Positions 15,001-29,449 of a stretch of 64,000 nt of DNA are shown here, in pieces. Every line of letters starts with the position of its first letter. The stretch's first letter is position 1. The DNA is from Eledone cirrhosa (Eukaryota): positions 32,612,001-32,676,000 of the forward strand of contig OZ024741.1 in NCBI GenBank assembly GCA_964016885.1. The letters run 5' to 3'. The position numbers were made by a program, and so were the translations under genes. The notes beneath the pieces are model-generated. The model saw nothing but the letters and a program-made list of their open reading frames with translations. It did no database searches and was not told where the DNA came from.

Positions 15001-18000
15001 ATATTTGTATTTATTCCAGATGAAATAAGCCTACATATCTCAGATGTTATACAACATGGCTGTATAATATTTGTATTTATTCCAGACGTAATAAGCCTAC
15101 ATATCTCAGTTGTTAAACAACATGGCTGTATAATATTTGTATTTATTCCAGATGTAATAAGCCTACATATCTCAGATGTTATACAACATGGCTGTATAAT
15201 ATTTGTATTTATTCCATATGTAATAAGCCTACATATCTCAGATGTTATACAACATGGCTGTATCATATTTGTATTTATTCCAGATGTAATAAGCCTACAT
15301 ATCTCAGTTGTTATACAACATGGCTGTATAATATTTGTATTTATTGCAGATGTAATAAGCCTACATATCTCAGTTGTTATACAACATGGCTGTATAATAT
15401 TTGTATTTATTCCAGATGTAATAGGCCTACATATCTCAGTTGTTATACAACATGGCTGTATAATATTTGTATTTATTCCAGATGTAATAAGCCTACATAT
15501 CTCAGTTTTTATACAACATGGCTGTATAATATTTGTAATTATTGCAGATGTAATAAGCCTACATATCTCAGTTGTTATACAACATGGCTGTATAATATTT
15601 GTATTTATTCCAGATGTAATAAGCCTACATATCTCAGTTGTTATACAACATGGCTGTATAATATTTGTATTTATTCCAGATGTAATAAGCCTACATATCT
15701 CAGATGTTATACAACATGGCTGTATATTATTTGTATTTATTGCAGATGTAATAAGCCTACATATCTCAGTTGTTATACAACATGGCTGTATAATATTTGT
15801 ATTTATTCCAGATGTAATAAGCCTACATATCTCAGTTGTTATACAACATGGCTGTATAATATTTGTATTTATTCCAGATGTAATAAGCCTACATATCTCA
15901 GTTTTTATACAACATGGCTGTATAATATTTGTATTTATTCCAGATGTAATAAGCCTACATATCTCAGTTGTTATACAACATGGCTGTATAATATTTGTAT
16001 TTATTCCAGATGTAATAAGACTACATATCTCAGTTGTTATACAACATGGCTGTATAATATTTATATTTATTCCAGATGTAATACGCCTACACATCTCAGA
16101 TGTTATACAACATGGCTGTATAATATTTGTATTTATTCCAGATCTAATAAGCCTACATATTTCAGTTGTTAAACAACATGGCTGTATAATATTTGTATTT
16201 ATTCCAGATGTAATAAGCTCTACATATCTCAGTTGTTATACAACATGGCTGTATAATATTTGTATTTATTCCAGATGTAATAAGCCTACATATCTCAGTT
16301 GTTATACAACATGGCTGTATACTATTTGTATTTATTCGAGATATAATAAGCCTACATATCTCAGTTGTTATACAACATGGCTGTATAATATTTATATTTA
16401 TTCCAGATGTAATACGCCTACACATCTCAGATGTTATACAACATGGCTGTATAATATTTGTATTTATTCCAGATCTAATAAGCCTACATATTTCAGTTGT
16501 TAAACAACATGGCTGTATAATATTTTTATTTATTCCAGATGTAATAACCCTACATTTCCCAGTTGTTATACAGCATGGCTGTATAATATTTGTATTTATT
16601 CCAGATGTAATAAGCCTACATATCTCAGTTGTTATACAACATGGCTGTATAATATTTGTATTTATTGCAGATGTAATAAGCCTACATATCTCAGATGTTA
16701 TACAACATGGCTGTACACTATTTGTATTTATTCCAGATGTAATAAGCCTACATATCTCAGATGTTATACAACGTGGCTGTATAATATTTGTATTTATTCC
16801 AGATGTAATAACCCTACATTTCCCAGTTGTTATACAGCATGGCTGTATAATATTTGTATTTATTCCAGATGTAATAAGCCTACATATCTCAGTTGCTATA
16901 CAACATGGCTGTATAATATTTGTATTTATTGCAGATGTAATAAGCCTACATATCTCAGATGTTATACAACATGGCTGTACACTATTTGTATTTATTCCAG
17001 ATGTAATAAGCCTACATATCTCAGATGTTATACAACGTGGCTGTATAATATTTGTATTTATTCCAGATGTAATAAGCCTACATATCTCCCATTGTTATAC
17101 AACATGGCTGTATAATATTTGTATTTATTCCAGATGTAATAAGCCTACATATCTTAGTTGTTATACAACATGGCTGTATAATATTTGTATTTATTCCAGA
17201 TGTAATAAGCCTACATATCTCAGATGTTATACAACATGGCTGTATAATATTTGTATTTATTCCAGATGTAATAAGCCTACATATCTCAGATGTTATACAA
17301 CATGGCTGTATCATATTTGTATTTATTCCAGATGTAATAAGCCTACATATCTCAGTTGTTATACAACATGGCTGTATAATATTTGTATTTATTCCAGATG
17401 TAATAAGCCTACATATCTCAGTTTTTATACAACATGGCTGTATAATATTTGTAATTATTCCAGATGTAATAAGCCTACATATCTCAGATGTTATACAACA
17501 TGGCTGTATAATATTTGTATTTATTCCAGATGTAATAAGCCTACATATCTCAGATGTTATACAACATGGTTGTATAATATTTGTATTTATTCCAGATGTA
17601 ATAAGCCTACATATCTCAGTTGTTATACAACCTGGCTGTATAATATTTGTATTTATTGCAAATGTAATAAGCCTACATATCTCAGATGTTATACAACATG
17701 TCTGTATACTATTTGTATTTATTCCAGATGTAATAAGCCTACATATCTCAGATGTTATACAACATGGCTGTATAATATTTGTATTTATTCCAGATGTAAT
17801 AAGCCTACATATCTCAGTTGTTATACAACATGTCTGTATAATATTTGTATTTATTCCAGATGTAATAACCCTCTATATTTCAGTTGTTATACAACATGGC
17901 TGTATAATATTTGTATTTATTCCAGATGTAATATGCCTACATATCTCAGTTGTTATACAACATGGCTGTATAATATTTGTATTTATTCCAGATGTAATAA

Positions 18001-18083
18001 GCCTACATATCTCAGTTGTTATACAACATGGCTGTATAATATTTGTATTTATTCCAGATGTAATAACCCTACATATTTCAGTT
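1..18083. repeat. 66-bp satellite DNA array (~274 monomers; continues off the left edge)
   Basis: Consensus ACAACATGGCTGTATAATATTTGTATTTATTCCAGATGTAATAAGCCTACATATCTCAGTTGTTAT repeated head-to-tail with few substitutions per monomer; ends abruptly at ...TTCAGTTG|AATTTAAG (~18083). Confidence 0.99.
9832..17227. repeat. 3698-bp tandem duplication (56 monomers + 2 nt) within the satellite
   Basis: Identical ORF pairs 10193/13891 and 12464/16162 are offset by 3698; diagnostic 1-nt insertions (AAGCTCTAC ~12520/16218; ATCTCCCATTG ~13388/17086) occur in both copies. Confidence 0.93.
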
Positions 18084-18189
18084 GAATTTAAGAACATAGT
18101 TTTTATGTGGAATATAGAATTGCATTTTTGATTTTCCTAAAATCAGATGTTTAATGTACTGCTACCATTATTGGGAGAGTTAGAGATGT

Positions 18190-19125
18190 TGTCAATGATG
18201 ATGATGATAATGACCAAAATGGCGATGATAATGATGAATATTTTAGTAACGCTTATGATTATTATCTTGATAAGGATATTAATAATGATGATGATATATG
18301 ATAATGATGATGATGATGTTGATGACGATGATAACTAATGGTGATGATGTTGATGTTGATGATGGTGGTGTTGGTGTTGGTGACGGTAGTTATGGTGGGG
18401 TTGGTAGTTGGTGTGGTTGTTGTAAGGGTGGTGGTGGTAGTGATGATAATGGTGGCGGAGGTAGTTGGTGTGGTGGCAGTGGTAATGGTGATGATAATGG
18501 TGGTGGTGATGATGATGGTGGTGGTGGTGATTGTGATGATAATGGTGGTGGTGTTGATGATGGTGGTGAAGGGGGTAATGGTGATGATGGTGGTGGTGAA
18601 GGGGGTAATGGTGATGATAATCGTGGTGGTAATGATGATGGTGGTGGTAGTAGTGATGATGGTGGTGGTGGTGGTGGTGATGGGGTTGATAGTTGGTGTG
18701 GTTGTTGTAGTTGTGGTGGTAATGGTGATGGTAGTGGTTGTTGTGGTGGTGATTGTGACGTTTATGGTAGTGTTGGTGATGCTGGGTTTAATCGTTGGTG
18801 CGGTTGTTGTAGGGGTGGTAGTGATGATGGTGGTGATGGTGGTCGTCGTGTTGGTGCTGGTGTTTATGGTCGGGTTGTTGTCATGGTGATTGTGGTGGTG
18901 GTGGTTGTGGTAGTGGTTATGTTGGTGGCGGTTATGGTGTGGTTGTTGTCGTGGTGGTGGTGGTGTTGGTGCTGGTATTTATAGTATGGTTGTTGACGTG
19001 GTGATGGTCGTGTTGGTGTTGGTGCTGGTGATTATGGTGTGGTTGTTGTCATGGTGACGGTGGTGGTGGTTATGCTGTTGCTGTTGTCGTGGTGGTGGTG
19101 GTGGTGGTGGTGGTCCTGATGCTGA
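18190..19125. repeat. Degenerate (GAT)n/(GGT)n trinucleotide low-complexity tract
   Basis: GAT/GGT/GTT triplets dominate; ORFs in several frames are poly-G/D, poly-V/M or poly-P/H. Confidence 0.9.
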
Positions 19126-19375
19126 TGATAAAATAGGGATGACGTGTACAGATCCATCAGCATTCATTGCTCTTGTGTTGTTTAAACTACATTTGATCCT
19201 CTATATAGAAAGAAAAGACGATAAATTCAAATAGAATTTCCAGATATTTCGGATTGATAAAACACACACAGAGAATGTTAGAAAATTCTAATCTACATTG
19301 AATAATATATATTTTTTCTTTCTAATTTTTCTTGTATTTAGATAACGAAATCGGGAGTTTGCGAGGTTTATAGGA

Positions 19376-20600
<1,225 letters not shown>

Positions 20601-21439
20601 ATGTAGCATCATCTTGTGTATGTAAATTTCGAAAAGATAATTGAAATAACCCAAGGTGAACATTGACTTGGATTTAGAAACAATATGTAGGTGTGGATAT
20701 AATGTATGAGTTTTGCCATAAAACTTTCAATGGATTTAAATTTGACTGTCAGTCGGAGAAAAGAAACGAAATACTATCGACATTATCTTCAATGAACAAA
20801 GGAGAAAGGAAGATAATTAAAAAGAATTACGATTTAACTTCGAAGAAATTGAAAAAATGTTAATACTAGCGGAAAGTTTATTGTTTGTTAGCTAGCACTT
20901 TAACTACCAAGGTTAAGTTTCGTTTGTATTGTACACTGAAATATTTCTAGATAACTTGTATAAAATGTTATGAGTAAAAGATGAATTATATATGTTTTTT
21001 CCAGTAATAATTCGCATAATTTCATAACATACTAAGAATAATAATTCAGTTATGCTAATGGCATAAATTAATATGAATCAGGCTATTGGTTGTTGAATGA
21101 AGCACACACATATTTCTCAAAGAATTGCTATTTGCCAATATGATGATAATGTACTAATCGACTTAATATTCCAAACATTCAATTGTTGTTTATCTAAAGG
21201 TCAACCATGGTCGAATAAAGCTGAATAAAACTGGTGATATCAGATCTCTTATATTTCAAGGAATATAGTGCATAGTAAGAATGACCAGTCGGTTATAAAT
21301 GGAGCTCCCACACATATCTAAATTTTACATACGCCAACAACAGGCGAATGATGCATTCTACAAGCTACCGAGGAATAGGGTAAAGGGTAAAGACACCCTT
21401 CCGTCACGAAGAAAGTTCCCTTCCGATGTACAGGTCTGG

Positions 21440-21650
21440 AAAATGTTGTTTGTGGAATACCAGCGGTCAACCATGCATACCAGCCTCCCCTCTCTACGCC
21501 ACCGATGTCGTCCAAGGGAAAGGCAAATGCCGATACAACTAGGCACTAGTGAAATAAAGTGTTTTGCTCATGAACACAACGCAAATCCCGGTCAGAGATT
21601 CGAACTCACAACCTCAGAATTGTAATCCCGACGCTCTAACCACTAAGCCC
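21440..21650 (-). mobile_element. tRNA-derived SINE (degenerate)
   Basis: Minus strand GGCTTAGTGGTTAGAGCG (A box) ... GAGTTCGAATC (B box), then GTTGTGTTCATGAGCAAAACACTT, the same post-head motif as at 33840. The 3' boundary is approximate. Confidence 0.7.
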
Positions 21651-22019
21651 AGTATTTACAGCCGATTCTAATTTTTTTTGGAGGGGTGGGTGTTATAAAT
21701 ACTTAAGACACATTTAGAATAAGACACAGGTTCTTCATCTCACGAGTTTAGCAAGTCAGGGTAATGTTTTTGTTTTTTTTGTTTTCTCTTCTTAAAGGGT
21801 GGTGGAATTTAATTTGGGAGAAATTTAGCCGCCATGTTCTGGCTATATGTAGAGGCCCTGTCGCTTGGCTCGTCTTCAACTCTATAATGATGATATTTTT
21901 ATGACACCAAAATGTAATACAGCATTTATATATATATTGTTTTCTTGTTTCTTGTCTTTGATTCGCTAGGTCCACCTCCCTACTCGCCACCATCGGCACA
22001 GAGTTGGCTACCTGCAGTT

Positions 22020-22100
22020 GAATGGCTCTTCCAACGCGTATAACTGACCATCGGGGGAAACGCCTTCTCTATTCTGTCCGCCGGGGCCGCAGTGCGGCCA
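22020..22100 (-). repeat. Dispersed GC-rich repeat, copy 1 (core CCCGGCGGACAGAATAGAGAAGGCGTTTCC)
   Basis: Reverse complement matches plus-strand copies at ~23480-23540, ~26440-26540 and a diverged copy at ~26960-27058. Confidence 0.75.
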
Positions 22101-22946
22101 ACGCTTGGGCCCCTATTTGCTCATAATAGAGAGAGATGGGGAGCGCGGGAGAGACAGAGGCATGGATAGTGGGAGTTTGGTTCCTTTGTGAAAGATCTGG
22201 TGTATATGTATATATTTATTTACCACACAACTATATACTGTAAGAAATACACACATATAGTTACTGCTCTTCGTATTTCTTAGCATATAGAAAAATCTTT
22301 AGTGACTTTATATATCAAAAAACCTATTGATTCAAAGGCGTCATATATCATCACCATCATCACTCGTCGACTACTGTCGAGATGATGGATCTCACTCTCA
22401 TGCCCCAGAATCCCCTGTCCCCCATCTCTGCCCCCAGGTCATGTCTGCTGATTCCCGTATCCCTAGAGATAACGTCAGGGAATGACAGCTTCCTACTCCT
22501 AGTCAGGCTGGAGTCAGGGTTCCAGAGCAAGAGAGCGTCATATATAAATAAACCAATTATATTAGAAATACTAGCAGAAAAACCACACGTCGGGTGGTTT
22601 TCTGCTAGCATGTGTAGTGTGTATATTAATATTATACGCAGGTATATATACATGTAGATATGATACATGAAATAAAATCGTAATTGACAATACATAATAC
22701 ATAGAAATTGGACGAAGACTGCGTTACACTGTCATATTTAATCTGTAACGTAATCCATGATACATTAAAAAAGACGATATTATATATGAACTGCATTAGG
22801 AGAAAATGTGTATGTTTATTTAAGCGATAGCCACCGGAAGTGTTGACATTTCAGAAATTTTAAAGAAGTGAATCTTTAAATAAAAAAAATATATTTAATG
22901 AACAGCCACGAAATTTAGTAGATAAATTATGTAATATTCATTCATT

Positions 22947-23262
22947 AGAGGGTCGGACGCCATGCTTTCCAGCATAGTTACGTCCCTTTACGATCTGAGT
23001 TCAAATCCCGCCGAGGTTGACTTTGCCTTTCATCCTTACGGGGTCGATAAAATAAAGTACCAGTAATGCACTGGGTAATTGCTGGCCTTGTGCCTAAAGT
23101 AGAAACAATTATTTATCAAAGTAATAGTTACGTCTCTTTACGATCTGAGTTCAAATCCCGCCGAGGTTGACTTTGCTTTTCATCCTTACGGGGTCGATAA
23201 AAAAAGTACCAGAAATGCACTGGGTAATTGCTGGCCTTGTGCCTAAAGTAGAAACAATTATT
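22947..23262 (+). mobile_element. Two tandem copies of an octopus-type tRNA-derived SINE (second copy 5'-truncated)
   Basis: CTGAGTTCAAATCCCGCCGAGGTTGACTTTGCCTTTCATCCTTACGGGGTCGATAAAATAAAGTACCAG (B box + conserved body) at ~22995 and ~23145; resembles the abundant Octopus SINE body. Confidence 0.85.
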
Positions 23263-24008
23263 TATTCAAAGAAATCCAACTTATTTTACAAACGAGATAA
23301 AAAAAAAAAAAAAAACCGTATGCAATCCCGCAGACCTTCCTTTATTATAGTTTAGATATGTTGTACTGATTCCTACAATTGACTATATTTCAATTGAGTC
23401 AATAATGGAGAAAAGTTTACAACTTTGCCTATTAATCCGTATGTTGAGCAAATGGGGTCCCACGTGATGGCCTCCCCACAGCCCCGGCGGACAGAATGGA
23501 GAAGGCGTTTCCTTGGATGATGGTAAGGGAGAAGCGCTGGAAGTATTTTCATTCATTCAGTGGCTATTATTTTATCGTCTTCTTCTTCGTGTTGTAGTAC
23601 AATTCTTGTTTTAATTTCGGGAGTGATGTTCGTCTTTCCACACTCTTTATTATATTTTAATGTGAATATTGATTTATAAATTTGGTGTGGCCCTTTTCAT
23701 TAACGTAGCTGTTTTGTTTTCTTTGGTATACTTTGTTTGTTTTTATTCGATGTAATTTGTTATGTTTACTGTTGCAGCTGGTGGTGACTGTGGGATTGCC
23801 GTTATTGTGATATTTGTTGTTGTTGTTGTTGTTGTGGTAGTGATAGTTGTGTTGGTGGTGGCGGTGATTGTAAAATTCCTTTTTAGGAAAGCCATTTATT
23901 TCGGAAAAGTGTAATGGCATTTAGATATGAGATGATAACATCCATCATATACTGCATCTGTTATTATGGCAATTATCATTGTTGTTATTATGTTATTATT
24001 ATCATTAA

Positions 24009-24048
<40 letters not shown>

Positions 24049-24119
24049 ATTATTGTCATTATTAGTAAACCCGTGTGGTTAATAAAGAAATCATTATTAG
24101 TATTGTTGTTGTTGTTATT

Positions 24120-24800
24120 AAGGCTGGTGCATTGGCAGTATCAGTAGAGAGTCGGATAGCATGCTTTGCAACATAGAGTTACGGTCTTATACGGTCTTAT
24201 ACGGTCTGAGATCAAATCCCGCCGAGGTTAACTTTGCCTTTCATCCTTATGGGGTCGATAAAATAAAGTACCAATCATGCACTGGAGTCGATTTAATCGA
24301 CTTTCCTCTCCCCCCAAATTACTGGCCTTGTACCTATATAAGAAACCATTATTATTACTGTTGTTGTTGTTATTGTTATTAAGGTTGGTGCATTGGCAAT
24401 ATTAGTAGAGTATAGGACAACATGCGCTGGGGCACCAACATACAACCCTAACAGTCCTGAGTTCAAATCCCGCTGAAGTTAGCTTTGCCTTTCGTCGTTA
24501 CGGGGTCGATGAAATAAAGTACCAGTCGGGCACTGGGGTCAATTTAATCGACTTTCCCATCCCACAAAATTGCTGGCTTTGTGCCTATATAAGAAATCAT
24601 TATTATGGTGGATTGGCAGTATCGGTAGAGGATCGGACGCCATGCTTTGCAGCAAAGAGTTACAGTCCTTTGTGGTCTGAGTTCAAATCCAGCCGAGGTT
24701 AACTTCTCCTTTCATCCTTACGGGGTCGATAAAATAAAGCACCAGTAATACACTGGGATAATTTTTGGCCTTGTGCCAAAAGTAGAAACAAATATTATTA
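24120..24800 (+). mobile_element. Three tandem SINE copies (same family) separated by (ATT)n/(GTT)n tails
   Basis: Same B box/body motif at ~24205, ~24457 and ~24676, each ending AGAAAC(C/A)ATTATT. Confidence 0.85.
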
Positions 24801-26134
24801 TTGTTGTTGTTTCTGAGTCTCTCTAGACTTGATGATGGCAGTCCCTTGTTTGTTTCCCTAATTTTCTAACATTTTGTCTGAACATTATATATTGTTTTGT
24901 CCCTAAACCAGCCAGCTTCTTGCGGAGTTGGTCGATTTCCCCCAATGTGGAGCCCTTAATGGCTATATTTGTGTTTTTTTTACAAATAGACTACTCATCT
25001 TTGGCGGACTATCCACAAGCCAGGTTTATCACCCAACCTCTCTGTTTTACATGAGGTGGAAGTTGTCATGAAAAGATTTGTACCCGATGGCACATGTCAG
25101 CGCTTCCCTGAATACATTTATCGAGAAGTACCAACTTCTTTGCTATTACATTGGTAGAAATCTTAAGTCGCCGTTCAGCATGTCTACGGACTGGACATTC
25201 TCTGTTATGTCTTGATCACTTATTTCCTGAGCAGCACTACGAATTCCGGGCTCAAATACCTGGGGATTCTTCTGTTCTCTCCTTACTTTCGTGAGATGAC
25301 GTCTCGATTTCAGAGAAATCAGAAAAGTGTTCTTTACCCATAATATTTCTTGTTTTTATACAGGTTCCTGGCATATCTTCTCTGAAAATTGTTTCGGGTA
25401 GCATATGTGTGTTATTCTCTAGTGCACTGGGCTTAAATGTAATATTTTTTAGGATCCCGATGAGTTCTAACACAAGCTCATCAAGACTAATTTTGTCCCA
25501 TAAGTTGTTCAGTGTTAAATCTTGACTTCCATTGCAGGTTCATGTGGGTTCCGTTCGAAATGGTATGCTATAAATTTCATTCTGCGTGAGAAAGAAATTC
25601 TCTTTAGGATACGTATCGTTTAGTGACGAGTCTATATAGAATCTCTCCATCTCTAGTCTCATAAATAATATAAATATATCAAACTAGTCACATATATATC
25701 TACAACGATTCATAAATCTCAACAAAGAAATTTCAGCTAACTTCCAAACATTCAGATCTATTAGGAGAGAAGCTTGGCTGAGGCAGGGGAGACTTTGGAA
25801 GGTATATAAGAGTTTCTGCATGGCAACATTTCCTTAAAAGGAAGAATGACGGGTGGCGGCAATCAAAATCAGTCTGCTCGTCAGATTTTGTAGCTGGTCT
25901 GTAGCGTGGCCAAAATGGTAGAATGAATGCCAGACAGGAAGATCAGTGAACCAAGAAGGAGGATGTCTTCTCTAGAGGTCACCTTCACCTGATGCTGATC
26001 GCACACTCGAAACTAGGCCGCACAGCCCTTTGTGTCGTAATTGACGTTTACGACCATGGATATGTTGATCGTGAGGCTGTTTCTCGCCAAAGCGGGTATC
26101 ATTGATTGGATCTCTCGCTCTCTCTCTCTCTCCC

Positions 26135-26225
<91 letters not shown>

Positions 26226-26429
26226 GTGCATAGATAGTGGAATATATAACCAGGATCGTGACGCCTCCTGGTTTCAGCTTGTATGTAGCAAGCCTTCGCT
26301 GGGGTATACTGAGGTATGAAGAATATTTCTCGAACTTAAGTAGGGAGTGATTTGGGGAATGTGTGGAATTAGGTGAGTTGTAAACTATTGACGTATATAA
26401 CAACTGACTGATAAAATGACAAGTCAGCC

Positions 26430-27060
26430 AATCCCCACAGTCCCGGCGGACAGAATAGAGAAGGCGTTTCCCCGGAGGACGGCAAAGGAGACGCGCTGGG
26501 AAAGCCATTCCAGCTCGCGTGGCTCACACCTGCGGCTGGACAGCTCAGCGCTTATGGTGGTGAGTAGGGAGGTACCCCTAAGGGCAAGGACACGAGAAGT
26601 CTCCACTGCCAACGGTACAACCGCAAACCTGTCGGAGAGCGATCGGTATTTGAAGAGACTTTTTATGTCTGGTCAGTTCTTCCAGCCACTGGTAGTAGGA
26701 GGTTGTCAGGAGTGTCATAGTTAAAAGTTAGGGAATGAATGTATGGAAGAAGAGGAGGGGAGAAGTGGTACGGAAATCGTGACATTAGAATGTATATACG
26801 GGGTAAGAGATGAAAAGAGAGAATAGAAGGTACATGAAAAATAAAGAAAAAACCATAGGGGGTGGGGTTCACAGTGGTATAAATGTAAATATACTGTAGA
26901 TGTAGAAGTGACGTCGGAACGAGTATCCTTCACCACAAACTAACTTGTTTTCCGCCTCTGGAACCCGGCCGATAGGTAGGAGAATGCAATGCCCTGGAGG
27001 AAGGCGAGGGAAACGCGCTGAATCAGCCACTCCATCTCGCGTGGCTCACACCTGCGTGCA
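26430..27060 (+). repeat. Two copies of the dispersed GC-rich repeat (possible LTR-derived remnants)
   Basis: CTCGCGTGGCTCACACCTGCG is shared at ~26514 and ~27036; upstream core matches 22020 and 23480. LTR origin is inference only. Confidence 0.6.
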
Positions 27061-27203
27061 AACGCCACCCCGATAGGGAAAACGAAGTTAGAGAAGCCTA
27101 GTCTGCGCGAGAGTCTCTTACTGTTTTTCCCAACATTATTTTCTGACTTTCTCGCAGACTGGGCTAATATATATAAATGGCTGTCAATTATATAAGGGAT
27201 GTC

Positions 27204-27275
<72 letters not shown>

Positions 27276-28181
27276 AGAGAGAGAGAGAGAGATCGTTTGA
27301 GAAACCCATGATAGTGAGCAGGGATTTGATCCGGGGGCCAAGAACCGAAATCTCCATTGCTACAGATTCAACTAGAAACCTATCTGAGTGTAGCCGATAC
27401 TTGGATAGCTAGACCGCTTCGGCTTGGCGGACAGCAGAGCCTAGGCTGGTAGCAGACCACGCCTGGTTGCTACATGAGTAAGTGTCAAACCATGTGGCAA
27501 GCCTCTCAGCACACGCGTATACATAGAAACAAAAACAAGCTAAAAGGAAAAGAAAAAAAGACTTGTATTCTATACGTATACTATATTTACATATCCTACA
27601 TATATACTTATATATATGCTTATATATACTTATATATATATACATATATACATATGTAACTACATAAACGGAGAAAGTTTTTAGCGATACTCCGACCAAT
27701 TTCCAACTCACTCAACAAACATTAGGAAATACCGGAGTATATTCCCAATTAAACGTTTAGAGTGCTAACTATATTGTATTGTGTGGACAATTGGCTGTAT
27801 TATTTTATATGAGATATATTAAAGATCTCATTTCCCAAACGAATCGTTTCATTGTAAGATTTCTACATGGTGGGTGAAATTATACCAGGGTATGTAGAAG
27901 CTTGCCTAAGATTAATGGATTCTTATGCAAGTGGGCTCTTATAAATGTTCAGTGGGTGCCCAATAATATCAATATTGATAACTAAATCAACATCAATATA
28001 GCGACAATCTCCATCAGTGCTAGAAGGAGCTGTTAAGATGGAAGTCCAGCAGTTCGAAAGAAAATCTCACACTGTCCCCAACATGGGAGGAGGAGGCTAC
28101 CGTGAAAAATAATACACACGCAGGTGATTGAACTCTGACAAGAATTCAAGCCTCGTGCTATATATATATATAGGAAAATGT

Positions 28182-28363
28182 ATGACCCCGGCGGCAGAGC
28201 TCAAACTGTTTCGACGGCTATTTCTGGACCAAAATATTTCTAACAAAACGGCTTTAGCTCTGCCGTCGGGGACATACTTGCACCTATTACCCACTCTAAT
28301 ACACCAAGTATTGAGTACTTTGGTGCGTTATGGTCCATCTGGTTCTTTACCACATTTCCTTCG

Positions 28364-28365
<2 letters not shown>
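28182..28365. mobile_element. Small (TA)n-flanked element with internal inverted repeat; partial copies at 30705-30810 and 32458-32505
   Basis: CCCCGGCGGCAGAGCT...AGCTCTGCCGTCGGGG inverted repeat; terminus TGCGTTATGGTCCATC(T/A)GGTTC(T/C)TTACCACA is shared by three loci, each bounded by TA runs. Confidence 0.7.
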
Positions 28366-28419
<54 letters not shown>

Positions 28420-28450
28420 CAAATGGAAACTATATTTATAAAACCATATT

Positions 28451-28516
28451 TATTTCATTATATATATTTCAGGGATACCATATTAAAAATATGGTATGCC
28501 TTCCTCAGACAAAATA
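28451..28516 (-). ncRNA. Minimal type I hammerhead ribozyme (mirror copy)
   Basis: Reverse complement of 28650-28715. Confidence 0.72.
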
Positions 28517-28649
28517 CAATATATAAACCGTTTTATAAATAAATTTGACATATCTAGAACAGTGCAACTTCCATTTAAAAAGTTGATTTAAATGAAAGTT
28601 GCACTGTTCTATGTATGTCAAATTTATTTATAAAACGGTTTATATATTG

Positions 28650-28715
28650 TATTTTGTCTGAGGAAGGCATACCATATTTTTAATATGGTATCCCTGAAAT
28701 ATATATAATGAAATA
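28650..28715 (+). ncRNA. Minimal type I hammerhead ribozyme
   Basis: Stem I TATTTTGT/ATGAAATA, core CTGAGGA (28658), stem II ATACCATATT-TTT-AATATGGTAT (with unpaired flanks), GAAA (28696), palindromic TATATA, cleavage triplet ATA. Confidence 0.75.
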
Positions 28716-28846
28716 AATATGGTTTTATAAATATAGTTTCCATTTGTTTAATATCGTAAACCTACTCCAAAATCTGTTGAGTGCTTTTATATCAGTTATA
28801 AAATATTTACTCGTTGTAACCCTACAATTTTAAATAAAACTTTTGC

Positions 28847-28877
<31 letters not shown>

Positions 28878-28917
28878 AAAGAATAGAGGTGTAACACACA
28901 AGTTATTATATACTGGT

Positions 28918-29223
28918 AAACGGAATATAAAATGCTGACAAATTGTTCACAGTGAAAAATAGTCTAATTAGGAATAAATGAGAATTAGTAATTGTATTGG
29001 TTAGTATTCAGTTTTGGTTTTAAGTTTTACCGGTTGCGCAGATCAGAGCAAACATCACGGACGCTCTATCTCAAAATTATTTTTGAAAAGCATCTAGAAA
29101 TGCGCAACCGGTAAAACTTAAAACCAAAACTGAAGACTAACCAATACAATTACTAATTCTCATTTATTCCTAATTAAACTATTTTTCACTGTGAACAATT
29201 TGTCAGCATATTCTATTCCGTTT
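28918..29223. mobile_element. Fold-back element (~123-bp arms, 60-bp spacer) between TA tracts
   Basis: 28918-29040 is the near-exact reverse complement of 29101-29223. Confidence 0.8.
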
Positions 29224-29225
29224 GG

Positions 29226-29299
<74 letters not shown>

Positions 29300-29382
29300 A
29301 TACATATACACATAAAAATATACACACTTACACGATATGTATAAATATATATAAATATATTTATATACATATATATGTGAGT

Positions 29383-29449
<67 letters not shown>

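Larger units (their letters stand above)
28414..28847. mobile_element. Fold-back non-autonomous PLE-like mini-element (arms ~28414-28578 / 28587-28753, ~95-bp unpaired tail)
   Basis: Near-perfect ~165-bp inverted arms between (TA)n tracts; homologous to 57397-57775 including the tail. Confidence 0.85.

Noticed and set aside
1-18083. CRISPR array interpretation of the 66-bp periodicity
   Set aside because: No unique spacers; the whole unit repeats; eukaryotic context and no cas genes.
175-18097. Very long Cys-rich repetitive ORFs (up to 1899 aa) on both strands
   Set aside because: A 66-bp unit (divisible by 3) lacking stops in three frames automatically gives such ORFs. They overlap in three frames, are broken by random stops and 1-nt insertions, and have no unique N- or C-terminal domain.
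18298-18984. Gly/Asp/Cys-rich 228-aa ORF resembling a structural protein
   Set aside because: Lies wholly in a GGT/GAT low-complexity tract that is open in several frames; no signal peptide or splice evidence.
21575-21650. tRNA gene
   Set aside because: A/B boxes are present but there is no acceptor stem and it continues into a SINE body.
25050-25480. Possible decayed LINE ORF1/zinc-knuckle on the minus strand
   Set aside because: Only a vague Cys pattern across frameshifts; needs a translated profile search.
25985-26022. Degenerate HHR-like CTGATGC...GAAACTAGGC
   Set aside because: Core A9 and the NUH triplet are both altered and the stems are weak; cannot be supported.
29126-29212. Possible HHR in the 28.9-29.2 kb fold-back (CTGAAGA ... 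GAACAATTTGTC)
   Set aside because: GAAA is one A short, no stem I, and the mirror arm reads CTGAATA.
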